From Bdellovibrio sp. (GTDB taxonomy: Bacteria; Bdellovibrionota; Bdellovibrionia; Bdellovibrionales; Bdellovibrionaceae): 64,000 nt of DNA. Both the position numbers and the translations under genes were made by a program. The stretch is taken from positions 160,001 to 224,000 of the forward strand of contig JAKFBS010000011.1 in assembly GCA_036677065.1 (NCBI GenBank), written 5' to 3'. This document shows, piece by piece, positions 1 to 9,639 of this stretch. Below the pieces are notes generated by a model. That model ran no database searches. It saw only the letters and a program-made list of their open reading frames with translations, and was not told the origin of the DNA. The stretch's first letter is position 1, and each line of letters starts with the position of its first letter.

Positions 1-748
1 AATCAATTTCATGGCCTACGGCTGAGATCACAGGAATTTTACTATCAGCAATTGTGCGCGCTAACCTTTCATCATTGAAACACCACATATCTTCAATCGA
101 TCCACCACCGCGGCCGATGATGATGACATCTGGTTTAAGCAGTTCTGCTTTTTTAAATGCTTCAACTAATGACGGAGCTGCGGCTGCACCTTGCACGATC
201 GCAGGAACTACAATCACTTGTACACCGCGTGCACGACGGTTCATGATATTTAAAATATCTTGGATAGCCGCACCTGTTGGCGAAGTTACGATCGCTACAG
301 TTTTTGGATAAGTTGGAATTGGTTGTTTTCTAGCCGAGTCAAACAAACCTTCGGTTTTTAATTTATCACGCAATTGTTCAAACTGTTTTTGTAAAGCGCC
401 GGCGCCAACTGGCTCCATCATTTCACAGGCAATTGAATAAGTACCACGTGGTTCGTAAACAGTAATTTTACCGCGCACGATCACTTCAAGACCATCATGA
501 GGTTTGAATTTTAATTTCGAATTGTGGCCACGAAACATCATCGCGCTGATTTGTGCTTTTGAATCTTTTAACGAAAAATAAAAATGCCCTGAAGAGTGTG
601 GCTTGAAATTTGAGATTTCACCTTTGATCCAAATAGTCCCAACATTGGTTTCGATCAGACCACGCAGAATATTATTAACCTGTTCAACAGAAAAGATTTG
701 TGGTGCTGCGGTGCTAGGAGCGTTTGTGGAATTTACCTCTTGCGACAT
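1..748 (-). CDS. xseA: Exodeoxyribonuclease VII large subunit (partial, runs off window start)
   Basis: Manual minus-strand translation from ATG at 748: MSQEVNS...IFSVEQVNNILRGLIE...WIKGEISNFKPHSSGHFYFSLKD...TSPTGAAIQDI...GRGGGSIED, all typical XseA motifs; absent from the ORF track because it has no stop in the window. Confidence 0.95.
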   Translation of the reverse strand, partial: MSQEVNSTNAPSTAAPQIFSVEQVNNILRGLIETNVGTIWIKGEISNFKPHSSGHFYFSLKDSKAQISAMMFRGHNSKLKFKPHDGLEVIVRGKITVYEPRGTYSIACEMMEPVGAGALQKQFEQLRDKLKTEGLFDSARKQPIPTYPKTVAIVTSPTGAAIQDILNIMNRRARGVQVIVVPAIVQGAAAAPSLVEAFKKAELLKPDVIIIGRGGGSIEDMWCFNDERLARTIADSKIPVISAVGHEID

Positions 749-760
749 CCACGAAATGTA

Positions 761-970
761 TCAAGAAAACCAGAGATTTTGCAATGACCAAAGACCGCCA
801 ACATAGAGCGATATTACAGCCAAATGACGGTGCTTTTCAAACTGGGCGTGATAGACAGGCATTTCCTTCTGGGCCAATTTTACTAAATATGGGATTTCAA
901 GCACAAAAGTGAGCACCAGACCATAAAAGAAAACTAAAAATGGGAAATAAAAATCAATTTGCGAAATCAT
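761..970 (-). CDS. Small hypothetical membrane protein (69 aa)
   Basis: Two hydrophobic segments; co-oriented and directly upstream of xseA. Confidence 0.55.
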   Translation of the reverse strand: MISQIDFYFPFLVFFYGLVLTFVLEIPYLVKLAQKEMPVYHAQFEKHRHLAVISLYVGGLWSLQNLWFS

Positions 971-1015
971 GCCAACCCTTCGGGCTTTTTTTTCACTTTC
1001 TGGAGTCCTGATGCA

Positions 1016-1043
1016 TAGACTTTTTTAGGATCTTTGATATTAT
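1016..1043 (+). promoter_or_regulatory. Sigma70-type promoter of 6S RNA
   Basis: TAGACT (1016-1021), 16 nt, TATTAT (1038-1043) with extended -10 TG; predicts a start near 1050, the 5' end of the 6S closing stem. Confidence 0.65.
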
Positions 1044-1049
1044 GAAGTT

Positions 1050-1220
1050 GGGGGTTCGCTGACGTAAAACTCATCGAAAATAAACCTTACAAGCTTATAT
1101 ACGGGATCTGTCCCTGACAATGGTGTGCAAGCTCACCTCGTAGTGAGAAGCCTAAAGTTGTTATATGGAAACCCACCTAGCGAAAAGAGGTTTATGTTTC
1201 AGAGTTGTCTTCGAGCCTTT
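1050..1220 (+). ncRNA. ssrS: 6S RNA
   Basis: Ends pair (GGGGGTTCG..AACTC..GAAAATAAACCTT with GAGGTTTATGTTTCAGAGTTGTCTTCGAGCCTTT); internal TGGTGTGCAAGCTCAC...GTGAGAAGCCTAAAGTTG resembles the E. coli 6S terminal-loop region TGGTGAGCATGCTCGG...CCGAGAAGCCTTAAAACTG; about 170 nt, ends in a T run. Confidence 0.85.
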
Positions 1221-1316
1221 TTTTTATTCTCTTTTAGAGTCAATACGTTGGCCTTAAAGTCCTGTTTCACAATGAGAAACTGGACCATTTTTCTCTCTTA
1301 AAATCCGATAAATTCA

Positions 1317-1344
1317 TCAATCTTTACCTTACTTTGACCGATAA
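1317..1344 (+). promoter_or_regulatory. FliA (sigma28)-like promoter
   Basis: TCAA-N16-ACCGATAA ending 6 nt before GTG 1351; a second TCCGATAA at 1304-1311. Confidence 0.5.
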
Positions 1345-1350
1345 ATACTT

Positions 1351-3492
1351 GTGGTTTTCACGAGCAGATTTTTGATTTTATTTAGCTTATTTTTATTAAC
1401 AGCTTTTACGCAAAGCTGTGGTCCCCGTTTAAGTTCTGAAGCCCAAGAATTTTTATCGCAATCACAAGAAGTTCCTGCATGTACCACAGAGTACAGTTAT
1501 GCAAGCTCGGTAAATGTATCGGCACAAGCCATATTTTTTAAACGTGGCACCGAACCTGTTATCGTTAACAATAAAATTACAAATTTAATTTTAAGTGATC
1601 CACTCGTTGATGGTCTTCCGATTCCATATGCTGAAGTTGCAGTTTACACGAGTGACAAACAATTAGTGCAATGTGGAGTGACCGACGTTGCTGGTAATCT
1701 TATGGGCTTATCAGGTGGTGCATTAGAAATTCCAGACACACCTCAATCTTATATTATCCGTGTTTATGCTCGTGCTAACAAAGTAATGCCAACCAAAGGT
1801 TTCACAGCAAACGCCGCCGTTAAAGAAGATCCTTACACAAATAAAGTTCATTACATCGAAACAACATTTGATTCTGATGGCGTTAATACCACACCGATTT
1901 CATTAATCGCCTATGCCCGTCAAACTGATGATGTAAATATCAAAGGTGGCGCATTTAATATTTATAATAATTTCATCCAGACTTACATTTATCTGGATGG
2001 TAACTTATCGGTTCCAAACTCTGAGCTAACTTGCCTATCAAAACAATTCAGTATGTACTGGAAGCCCGGATTTAATCCGTTTCAATACGAATACCCAAAT
2101 GCTGATCCAAATACTTTAGTGAATTCATCTTACTACAAACATGAATCAGATAGTTTATTTATCAGCGGTGGCCAAGTGGGTGATATCAGTTTGGCAAACA
2201 CTGATCACTTCGATGATTTTGCTTCAATTCATGAGATAGGTCATTTTATTGAAGACCAATGCGGGCGCTTTGATACTCCGGGCGGAGGTCATGCGATTAT
2301 TGTACGTATCGATCCACGCTTAGCGTGGCATGAAGCCTGGGCAAATTATTTTGCCGGCGTAGTCACCAATACTCGCATGAATTTTATAAATCCAGAAATG
2401 AGCACTCGCTTAGCTGCAAGCCCAACGGGTGATTTAAGTTGGAGCTTTTTATTTAACTCATTTGGCTTTTCTGATTCTGTCCAAAATGTCGGTAATGGCA
2501 CAGGCTTTATGATGGATCTTAAAAAACCAGGAACTTCTCCGGGCGAATGGCAAATTGCACCGTATTTTGGTTCACCGTTTGATCAGGTTAATCCCACGCT
2601 TTATCCCGGCGAAGGGCATTTTCGCGAAGGCGCCATCACCCGCGCTTTGTTTAAAATGACTGTAGCGCCAGCTACACTTTGTTCGTCATGCGGAAGTTCA
2701 GTGTTTGCCTCTAGTCCGGTCCCATTCAATGTGATGTGGCAGGCTTTTGATGCCAACGGCGGTATGGGTGATTCTACAAATCACTTTTCAAGCTCAAATC
2801 AATTTTTAGAAAAAGTTAAAACTATACTTACTGCACCAACCTGGGCTTCATTTGTTCAAGGTGCCGCTGACGCCGAGGCATTACATTTATTTTCTGATCA
2901 GAATTTAGCTTCTGTTTCTAAAAAATATGTTACTGATATTACTGGTACCGATTATTTAAATTGGGTTCCTTTGGGTCACAAGCTGCAGCAATCAGTTTGC
3001 ACCAAGCCAACGCTCATGCAAGAGCGCAGTGATGACCCGGCATTTACCGGAATCAATTCTGATCAACGTTATTCAAATCACTTCTATATGCTCGATCCGA
3101 GCGTACTATCAGGGCTTAGCACCTTATCGATTACATTTACTAAATTAACTGGTACAGACACAGACCACGATATCATTATATTTGATGAAGCTTATCGCTT
3201 TAACGGTGATTACGCCTGCAAACAACCTGAAACCGATGATGGCAATTGCCCAGGCAATGAATACGAACCTTCACGGTCAACAAATGCTTTTGTGGTTGCG
3301 TCTAATCGCGCTGCTTCTTCAAACCTAAATAGTAATTATACAAAATCAATTTCAAGTCTTTTAACAAAACTTGATCCGACAAAAAAATACTTACTTAATA
3401 TTCGCGCTTACACCGCTAATAAAAGTTTAAGCAATGCCACGTCATATAGCTATACTATGACGAGTAACTTGGGGACGCTATGCCCAGAATAA
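1351..3492 (+). CDS. Putative zinc metallopeptidase lipoprotein (paralog 1)
   Basis: Lipoprotein-like signal ending TQSC; HEIGH at 2230-2244 preceded by NTDHFDD; downstream DPRLAWHEAW with candidate third-ligand Glu; PPC-like C-terminus. Confidence 0.7.
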   Translation: MVFTSRFLILFSLFLLTAFTQSCGPRLSSEAQEFLSQSQEVPACTTEYSYASSVNVSAQAIFFKRGTEPVIVNNKITNLILSDPLVDGLPIPYAEVAVYTSDKQLVQCGVTDVAGNLMGLSGGALEIPDTPQSYIIRVYARANKVMPTKGFTANAAVKEDPYTNKVHYIETTFDSDGVNTTPISLIAYARQTDDVNIKGGAFNIYNNFIQTYIYLDGNLSVPNSELTCLSKQFSMYWKPGFNPFQYEYPNADPNTLVNSSYYKHESDSLFISGGQVGDISLANTDHFDDFASIHEIGHFIEDQCGRFDTPGGGHAIIVRIDPRLAWHEAWANYFAGVVTNTRMNFINPEMSTRLAASPTGDLSWSFLFNSFGFSDSVQNVGNGTGFMMDLKKPGTSPGEWQIAPYFGSPFDQVNPTLYPGEGHFREGAITRALFKMTVAPATLCSSCGSSVFASSPVPFNVMWQAFDANGGMGDSTNHFSSSNQFLEKVKTILTAPTWASFVQGAADAEALHLFSDQNLASVSKKYVTDITGTDYLNWVPLGHKLQQSVCTKPTLMQERSDDPAFTGINSDQRYSNHFYMLDPSVLSGLSTLSITFTKLTGTDTDHDIIIFDEAYRFNGDYACKQPETDDGNCPGNEYEPSRSTNAFVVASNRAASSNLNSNYTKSISSLLTKLDPTKKYLLNIRAYTANKSLSNATSYSYTMTSNLGTLCPE

Positions 3493-3974
3493 TTCTGATT
3501 TCAATCTTAGCTTCATTATTTTTACTTCTTACGAGTTGTTACGACGAACAACCTGACAATAAACACGGTTTATCAAAATTGCCACTGACGCAATTTAGTT
3601 ACCGTGGAGTCGTTGATCGTACTATTAAATTAAATTTTAAAATTGAAAAAGGCGCAGTCAGTAAACTGATTGCCCACATCGAAACCGATTATGACTATAA
3701 TTTTCCATTAACTTATGAATGGAAGTTAGGTGAAGGCGTACAAGTTAGCTCAGGATCTCTTAAGGGCCAGATTTCAAGTATGCAAAAAAATTCTGCCTTA
3801 GAAATTGAACTTGAAGTTACAGGATTCAGTGGCGATATCGCCCGCTTTGCGCGTTTTGAAGTTATCGGATCTAACCCACAAAAACGCGCTTTTGCCGATG
3901 GTATCTTAAGTTCGCAAGATAAATCGTTTGAAAAAATCGTTCAAGAAATCGAAGAATACAAAAAAAGTAATTAA
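3480..3974 (+). CDS. Small lipoprotein partner 1 (beta-rich, Ig-like)
   Basis: Lipobox LTSC; overlaps upstream gene; LTYEWKLGEGV resembles LNYKWILGKDV of 5991..6596. Confidence 0.75.
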   Translation: MPRIILISILASLFLLLTSCYDEQPDNKHGLSKLPLTQFSYRGVVDRTIKLNFKIEKGAVSKLIAHIETDYDYNFPLTYEWKLGEGVQVSSGSLKGQISSMQKNSALEIELEVTGFSGDIARFARFEVIGSNPQKRAFADGILSSQDKSFEKIVQEIEEYKKSN

Positions 3975-3987
3975 TAGGATTTTAATA

Positions 3988-6012
3988 ATGAACCCTGTGA
4001 CCGCTAGATTTTTTATTTTATTGTTACTAGCTTCCTTAATGGTGGCCTGTGGAAAAAGCTTTACGGTCAAACAGGAATTTCAAGCTCCCCCCGCTGCAAA
4101 CGAATCTGAATTTTGCTCAGTTTCGACAAGTTATAATCCAGGCGTTTTGGTTTCAGGCACTGCTAAATATCGTCGTCGCGGCACTAATTTACAAATCAAC
4201 AGTGGCGTTGTCACAAGTGCTACAACTGGTGCTGTTATTGCTACACCACTTCCAATTAAATATGCTGAAATTCGTGTTTTGAATACCGCAGGTGCGATCA
4301 TTCAATGCGGAACTACAAATAATATTGGCGAACTACGCGCACTTGATGGCACATCATCTCTGTTTTTACCTAACGATGCCGGGAATTTCACGATCGAAGT
4401 TCTTTCGCGTGCAAATTACACCTTTCCTTCTATTGGCAAACCAATTAGTGCGACCCTTTCTGCGGCAGTAAAAGAAGATCCTACTTCAAATACTATTTAT
4501 AAAATTTCTGGCACTTTAGCTTCAAGCGGCTTTGGCGGCAGTGCGAATTCGCCACTTAATTTGATTGCCGAAGCCAGCGAGTTTGCATCTAGTAAAATAG
4601 AAGGTGGCGCATTTAATATTTATAACGACTGGGTAACTACTTTTGAATATTTAACTAGTACAAGCAACACTGGAAGTTTAGACGTCAGTTGTTTGAATCC
4701 CCGTCTAGATATGTTTTGGAAAGCGGGATTTAACCCCGGTGCTTATCTTGGATATGACCCGAACAGCACAATTTCTTTTTACGCGCGTGATAATAACGAA
4801 CTTTATATTTGCGGTGGTGTCTCGGGCAATGTGTCTACTGCAGATACCGATCATTGGGATGACACGGTCATTTTACATGAGATTGGCCATCACATCGAAA
4901 ATGTCTGTGGCACAATGGATTCACCTGGTGGACAGCATTCAGCAAAGTACCGAATTGATCCACGCTTAGCTTGGTCTGAAGGCTGGGGAAATTTCATCGG
5001 CGGACACATTCTAAAAAACAATACGGCTAAAATTAATCCTAACTTAGTCAGCGCCCTACCTAATGGTGAATGGCTTCATTACAGCGATACCGTAGGTTAT
5101 GTCGAAGGCAGTCCTACTTTTAACGGTTCAGCTATTTTGATTCGTTTAAATAAAAATGGTAATGGCTCAGGCACTGGCGCCACCCATGATGCTGTGGATG
5201 CCGCAAATAATCCTGGTGAAAGTCACACGCGCGAAGCTTCAATTGCCCGTGGGTTATTTAAAGGTGTTAACACGTGTACAAACTGCGGTGGCGGCGTGGG
5301 ATTTGATAAATATTGGACAGCCCTTGGCCGTACCAGTGGCGGCATGGGGTTTTCTACGACACCATTCAGCAGCTCTGCTAAATTTTTTGCAAAAGCCTTT
5401 ACTGCAAATAGTAATTCTTTTTCTGCAACAATGACAAATATGATGACCAACGATGAAGCGCTTCACATGGTGGGATCAGCTTCTTTTACCGTAACGGCAG
5501 CTTCGTCATCTACCGGAAGTATTTCAACGAATGCTTGGCCTGGTTATGGAATAAAACTTACGACCAACACAAGTTGCAATCAAAACTTACTACAAGCGCG
5601 TAACTTAGATGAAACTTTCGGACTTGAAAGCGATCAGCGTTACACAAATCATTTCTTTGCTTTTAGAACATCGGATTTAAGTGGCGTGACTTCAATCCGT
5701 CTAGTGCCGGATAGCACATGCCCTGTAGATTTAGATCTTGTGGTTTTAAATTTAGGTTACTATTACATTGAAGATTGCGCCGATGGCACGTGTAGCAAAA
5801 AAGGCGTTGATGGCACTAACATCGTGACTGTGTCACGTGGACCCGCTGATACCACTGAGTCAGTGAGTATTTCAGGATTAAGCAGCAGTTATTATTTATT
5901 AAATGTACGCGGTTATTCGAGTAATCCGTTTCTGATCCCTAATAATAGCGCCTGCGTTTATAAATTGACCAATCAAAATGGGAGTACTTTATGTCCAAGC
6001 ACGTCGTATTAA
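3988..6012 (+). CDS. Putative zinc metallopeptidase lipoprotein (paralog 2)
   Basis: Start reassigned to ATG 3988 (AGGA upstream, lipobox MVAC); HEIGH at 4876-4890; DPRLAWSEGW; many blocks shared with 1351..3492. Confidence 0.7.
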   Translation: MNPVTARFFILLLLASLMVACGKSFTVKQEFQAPPAANESEFCSVSTSYNPGVLVSGTAKYRRRGTNLQINSGVVTSATTGAVIATPLPIKYAEIRVLNTAGAIIQCGTTNNIGELRALDGTSSLFLPNDAGNFTIEVLSRANYTFPSIGKPISATLSAAVKEDPTSNTIYKISGTLASSGFGGSANSPLNLIAEASEFASSKIEGGAFNIYNDWVTTFEYLTSTSNTGSLDVSCLNPRLDMFWKAGFNPGAYLGYDPNSTISFYARDNNELYICGGVSGNVSTADTDHWDDTVILHEIGHHIENVCGTMDSPGGQHSAKYRIDPRLAWSEGWGNFIGGHILKNNTAKINPNLVSALPNGEWLHYSDTVGYVEGSPTFNGSAILIRLNKNGNGSGTGATHDAVDAANNPGESHTREASIARGLFKGVNTCTNCGGGVGFDKYWTALGRTSGGMGFSTTPFSSSAKFFAKAFTANSNSFSATMTNMMTNDEALHMVGSASFTVTAASSSTGSISTNAWPGYGIKLTTNTSCNQNLLQARNLDETFGLESDQRYTNHFFAFRTSDLSGVTSIRLVPDSTCPVDLDLVVLNLGYYYIEDCADGTCSKKGVDGTNIVTVSRGPADTTESVSISGLSSSYYLLNVRGYSSNPFLIPNNSACVYKLTNQNGSTLCPSTSY

Positions 6013-6596
6013 AAACAATCTGTGTTTCATTACTGGGAATCAGCTTTGGCTATGGCGTGACCCATTTAATGCATAACGAATATGAAATCGCGAGCCGTAA
6101 TACGGCATCTGTTCCATTAGGTAAATTGGGCTTTGATCAGGCTTCGTATGATTACATTGATATTAAAATTGAAAACGTTTCTTTAGCTGAAAAAAAAGAA
6201 GACACATCTATTGTACAAGTTCGTGTCACCGCTTTAAAAGATATTCCAGCTTCTTTAAATTACAAATGGATCTTAGGTAAAGACGTTGTTAGCTCTGAAA
6301 ATTTAGACGGAGTACTTGAACCACTGACACAAGGTCAAAGCAAGATTTATGAAATTCGGGTGCAAAATTATTCGAAAGAATGGCAATCACATGTAAGCCT
6401 ATCTTTATCAGGTGATATGTCAGGCCATACGGTTCGACGTGATGTCATTGTGTCGTCACGTCCTGAAGATTCTTTTGAATATGTAGTTCAACAAGCACAA
6501 CTTGCAGAAAAGCAAGCGGCTCCTGATAAAGTGCAAAAACTAGGTAAAAAACGTTCATTGAGCGATCGCTTTCGCCCAGGCAATATTATTCGTTAA
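5991..6596 (+). CDS. Small exported/membrane-anchored partner 2
   Basis: N-terminal hydrophobic helix; overlaps upstream gene; similar to 3480..3974 (YKW motif, DSFEYVVQQ vs KSFEKIVQE). Confidence 0.75.
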   Translation: MSKHVVLKTICVSLLGISFGYGVTHLMHNEYEIASRNTASVPLGKLGFDQASYDYIDIKIENVSLAEKKEDTSIVQVRVTALKDIPASLNYKWILGKDVVSSENLDGVLEPLTQGQSKIYEIRVQNYSKEWQSHVSLSLSGDMSGHTVRRDVIVSSRPEDSFEYVVQQAQLAEKQAAPDKVQKLGKKRSLSDRFRPGNIIR

Positions 6597-7159
6597 ACCG
6601 GAATCACTTCGACATTAGGATCAAATTCATCTTTAAGAATGCCTTCGATGGCCATTAATGTACCTGTCGTTGAACTTGGGCATGTGCCACATGCACCTTG
6701 GTAAGTGACATAAACTTTATTGTCTTCAAATTTAATCACTTCGATATCACCGCCATCGCCTTGCAAACCAGGGCGAATCGTACGATCTAAAATCTCTTCG
6801 ATTTTTTGTTGTTCGGGTGATAAGTTTTGACGAGCAATTTTTTTCTCATCAACGATAGTTTGATTTGGGTTATGTATTGGCATACGCGTTTGGATAACCG
6901 CACAAACTTGTTGAATAATTTCTTCTGATTCCACATCGAATTGGTGGGTGACGGTAATTACATTTTGAAAGTAATGCACTTGTTTGACACCCGGAATTTG
7001 AAATAACGAACGCGCCAAATTATTGTGTTCAGCTTCCTGAATATTTGAATAAGTGGCTTTACCTTCGGTTAATACCGGACGGTCTAAGACAAACTTCCAA
7101 GCGCTTGGGTTTGGTGTTTCTTGCACACGGATTAAAACTTCATTTTGTGTCGGGGTCAT
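6593..7159 (-). CDS. NifU/Nfu-family Fe-S carrier (Nfu_N + NifU C domain)
   Basis: QETPNPSAWKF N-terminal domain; IRPGLQGDGGDIE and GACGTCPSS motifs. Confidence 0.92.
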   Translation of the reverse strand: MTPTQNEVLIRVQETPNPSAWKFVLDRPVLTEGKATYSNIQEAEHNNLARSLFQIPGVKQVHYFQNVITVTHQFDVESEEIIQQVCAVIQTRMPIHNPNQTIVDEKKIARQNLSPEQQKIEEILDRTIRPGLQGDGGDIEVIKFEDNKVYVTYQGACGTCPSSTTGTLMAIEGILKDEFDPNVEVIPV

Positions 7160-8373
7160 AATAACATCCTTTTTGCCTTTTCTACAGCAAGGACTAATCG
7201 TTCAACGTCTTCTTTATTGTTATAAATCGAAAATGAGGCGCGCACAGTTCCGGTTAATCCGAACTTGCGCAACAGCGGCTGCGTGCAATGGTGGCCAATA
7301 CGTACGGCAATTCCCATTTTATCCAGAATTTGGCCAACGTCAGCGTGATGTATGCCTTTTAAATTAAAACTTAAAATAGCCGCTTTATCTTTAGCTTCAC
7401 CAAAAAATTGGATCTCTGGAATTTCTTTTAATTTTGAAACAGCTAAATTTAATAATTCTTGCTCGTGCGCAAAAACTTCTTTGATATCGTATTGAGTAAA
7501 GAAGTTAATAGCTTCAGCTAACGCTAGAGCGCCTTCGATGTGCGGAGTTCCGGCTTCAAATTTAAATGGCAGATCATTATACGTTGTTTTTTCAAAACGC
7601 ACTTCGCTGATCATACTGCCGCCGAATTGATACGGAGGCATTTTTAGCAATAACTCTTTTTTGCCGTATAAAATACCAAAACCGTAAGGGCCAAATAACT
7701 TATGGGCCGAAAATACTAAGAAATCCACATCTAAATCCACAACGTTAACAGCTTTTTGCGTCACTAACTGAGCAGCATCTAATAGAGTGACTGCACCTAC
7801 GGATTTAGCCTTAGCGATAATTTTTTTATAAGGAGTGATTGTACCTAAAATGTTTGAACAACCTGAAAAAGCCACAAGCTTAGTTTTTGCTGTGATTGTT
7901 GTATCAATTGAAGCTTCGTCAATAGAACCATCTGCATTTACGGCGATAAATTTTAAAACGGCTTTGCGCTGTAAAGCTACATTTTGCCAAGGCACTAAGT
8001 TGGCGTGATGTTCTAATTCAGTGATAACGATTTCATCGCCTTCATTGATAAAATTCATTCCGTAACTTTGGGCCACTAAGTTAATGCCTTCAGTTGTACC
8101 TTTAGTAAAAATAACTTCTTCAGTGTTTGCAGCGCCGATGAATTTTTGAATAGTTTGTCTGGCGTTTTCAAAGTGTTTGGTTGCCTGATCACTCAGAAAA
8201 TGTGAACCACGGTGAACATTCGATGCTTCTTCGGCATAAAACTTTTCAATACGGGCGACGACACGGTCTGGTTTCAGTGTCGTGTTTACACTGTCTAAAT
8301 AAACCAATGGATAACCGTTCACCATTTGGCGTAAAGATTTAAACTGGCTACGGATGGTATTTACATCATACAT
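7156..8373 (-). CDS. sufS: SufS-family cysteine desulfurase
   Basis: VYLDS, NVHRG, EHHAN, FSAHKLFGP (PLP Lys), RIGHHCTQP. Confidence 0.95.
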   Translation of the reverse strand: MYDVNTIRSQFKSLRQMVNGYPLVYLDSVNTTLKPDRVVARIEKFYAEEASNVHRGSHFLSDQATKHFENARQTIQKFIGAANTEEVIFTKGTTEGINLVAQSYGMNFINEGDEIVITELEHHANLVPWQNVALQRKAVLKFIAVNADGSIDEASIDTTITAKTKLVAFSGCSNILGTITPYKKIIAKAKSVGAVTLLDAAQLVTQKAVNVVDLDVDFLVFSAHKLFGPYGFGILYGKKELLLKMPPYQFGGSMISEVRFEKTTYNDLPFKFEAGTPHIEGALALAEAINFFTQYDIKEVFAHEQELLNLAVSKLKEIPEIQFFGEAKDKAAILSFNLKGIHHADVGQILDKMGIAVRIGHHCTQPLLRKFGLTGTVRASFSIYNNKEDVERLVLAVEKAKRMLL

Positions 8374-9639
8374 TTAAAATATCTCGTTTAATTTGTTCTC
8401 TAAAGTCTGGAAGATAAAACCTTCCATCACTTCATTTTCTAATTTATAAACTAATTCTTTAGCAAAACCGTGCGCGATCAGCTGCACAGCTTGTTTTTCA
8501 CTGATACCACGGCTTAAGAAATAAAAAATTTCATCTTTATTTAATTGGCCTACAGTTGATCCATGCCCGGCTTTAACGTCATCAGCATAGATCTCTAATT
8601 GCGGAATACTTGTCGCTTGTGCGGCTTTTGAAATCAGTAAGTTATTATTTAATTGCTCAGAGTTCGCTTTTTGCGCGTCTTGTTCAATGCGCACGCGACC
8701 ACGAAACACTGACTGAGATTTATCAGTTAAGATTGATTTGTAGTGCTGAGATGAATTGTTGTGGCCGATTTTATGGTGAATATATGTGTAATGGTCGCAA
8801 TGTTGTTGATCAGCTAATAGCGTCAAACCAAATACACCGGCATAAGCATTTTCAGCGTTAAATTCAGTCGCCAGATAATGACGAGAAGTTTTTCCGCCTA
8901 AAGCTAAGTCTAAACTAGTTAGTTGGCTATCTTGCGATAATGAAAATTGAATACGGCCAAAAACAAAATCATTGTTGTTCGCATTTTGTAAATTCGCAAA
9001 TTTTACTTTTGCTGCGCGCCCCAGATTAACTTGTAAATCAATGTTAAAGGCATGGGTTTGATTCAACTGCGATGTTAATCCTAAGGTTTGCTGGATTAAT
9101 TTTAATTCCGCAAGGTCAGCTACGTTGACTTCAATCATGGGCTGAACCAATGTTGATTGTTTAGCAGAAACCACGTGAACGATTTGTAATGGTTTATCTA
9201 ATTGTGATTTTTTATCAATCGTGATGACCACTTTTTGAAAACCAAAACCACGAGATAAATTAACTAGCTTTAATTCAGGCATGTCACTAGCAACGGTAAA
9301 ATCTTGTTCTTCAAGATCAACAAGGCTAACAGGCACATCTGAATCCGATAATGTTTTATTCAAAAAACCATTCACGAAAACTAAATTGTAAAAATCAGAA
9401 GATAACTGTTTAGAAACGTAAACCATTTCATCATGGCTTAACATTGATTCTTCTAAAGCGATGTTCCAATCAATGGCTTTAGCATCTGATAAAGATGTGA
9501 ATTTCCACGCTTCTTCTTTTTTAGTCGGAAAACCCTGGCTAACGAAAGCTGCGAACGATTTTTCGCGAAGCCCTGCTGCCTTTAGGCTTTCTAAAGGATA
9601 TTTTAATTTAAATTGGTTATAAGTATTTTGATCTAACAT
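8374..9639 (-). CDS. sufD: Fe-S cluster assembly protein SufD
   Basis: FPTKKEEAWKFT, PQLEIYADDVKAGHGSTVG, YFLSRGI. Confidence 0.95.
   Translation of the reverse strand: MLDQNTYNQFKLKYPLESLKAAGLREKSFAAFVSQGFPTKKEEAWKFTSLSDAKAIDWNIALEESMLSHDEMVYVSKQLSSDFYNLVFVNGFLNKTLSDSDVPVSLVDLEEQDFTVASDMPELKLVNLSRGFGFQKVVITIDKKSQLDKPLQIVHVVSAKQSTLVQPMIEVNVADLAELKLIQQTLGLTSQLNQTHAFNIDLQVNLGRAAKVKFANLQNANNNDFVFGRIQFSLSQDSQLTSLDLALGGKTSRHYLATEFNAENAYAGVFGLTLLADQQHCDHYTYIHHKIGHNNSSQHYKSILTDKSQSVFRGRVRIEQDAQKANSEQLNNNLLISKAAQATSIPQLEIYADDVKAGHGSTVGQLNKDEIFYFLSRGISEKQAVQLIAHGFAKELVYKLENEVMEGFIFQTLENKLNEIF

Noticed and set aside
54..912. Plus-strand ORFs 54..311, 603..806 and 724..912
   Set aside because: Antisense shadows of xseA and the 69-aa gene; no motifs
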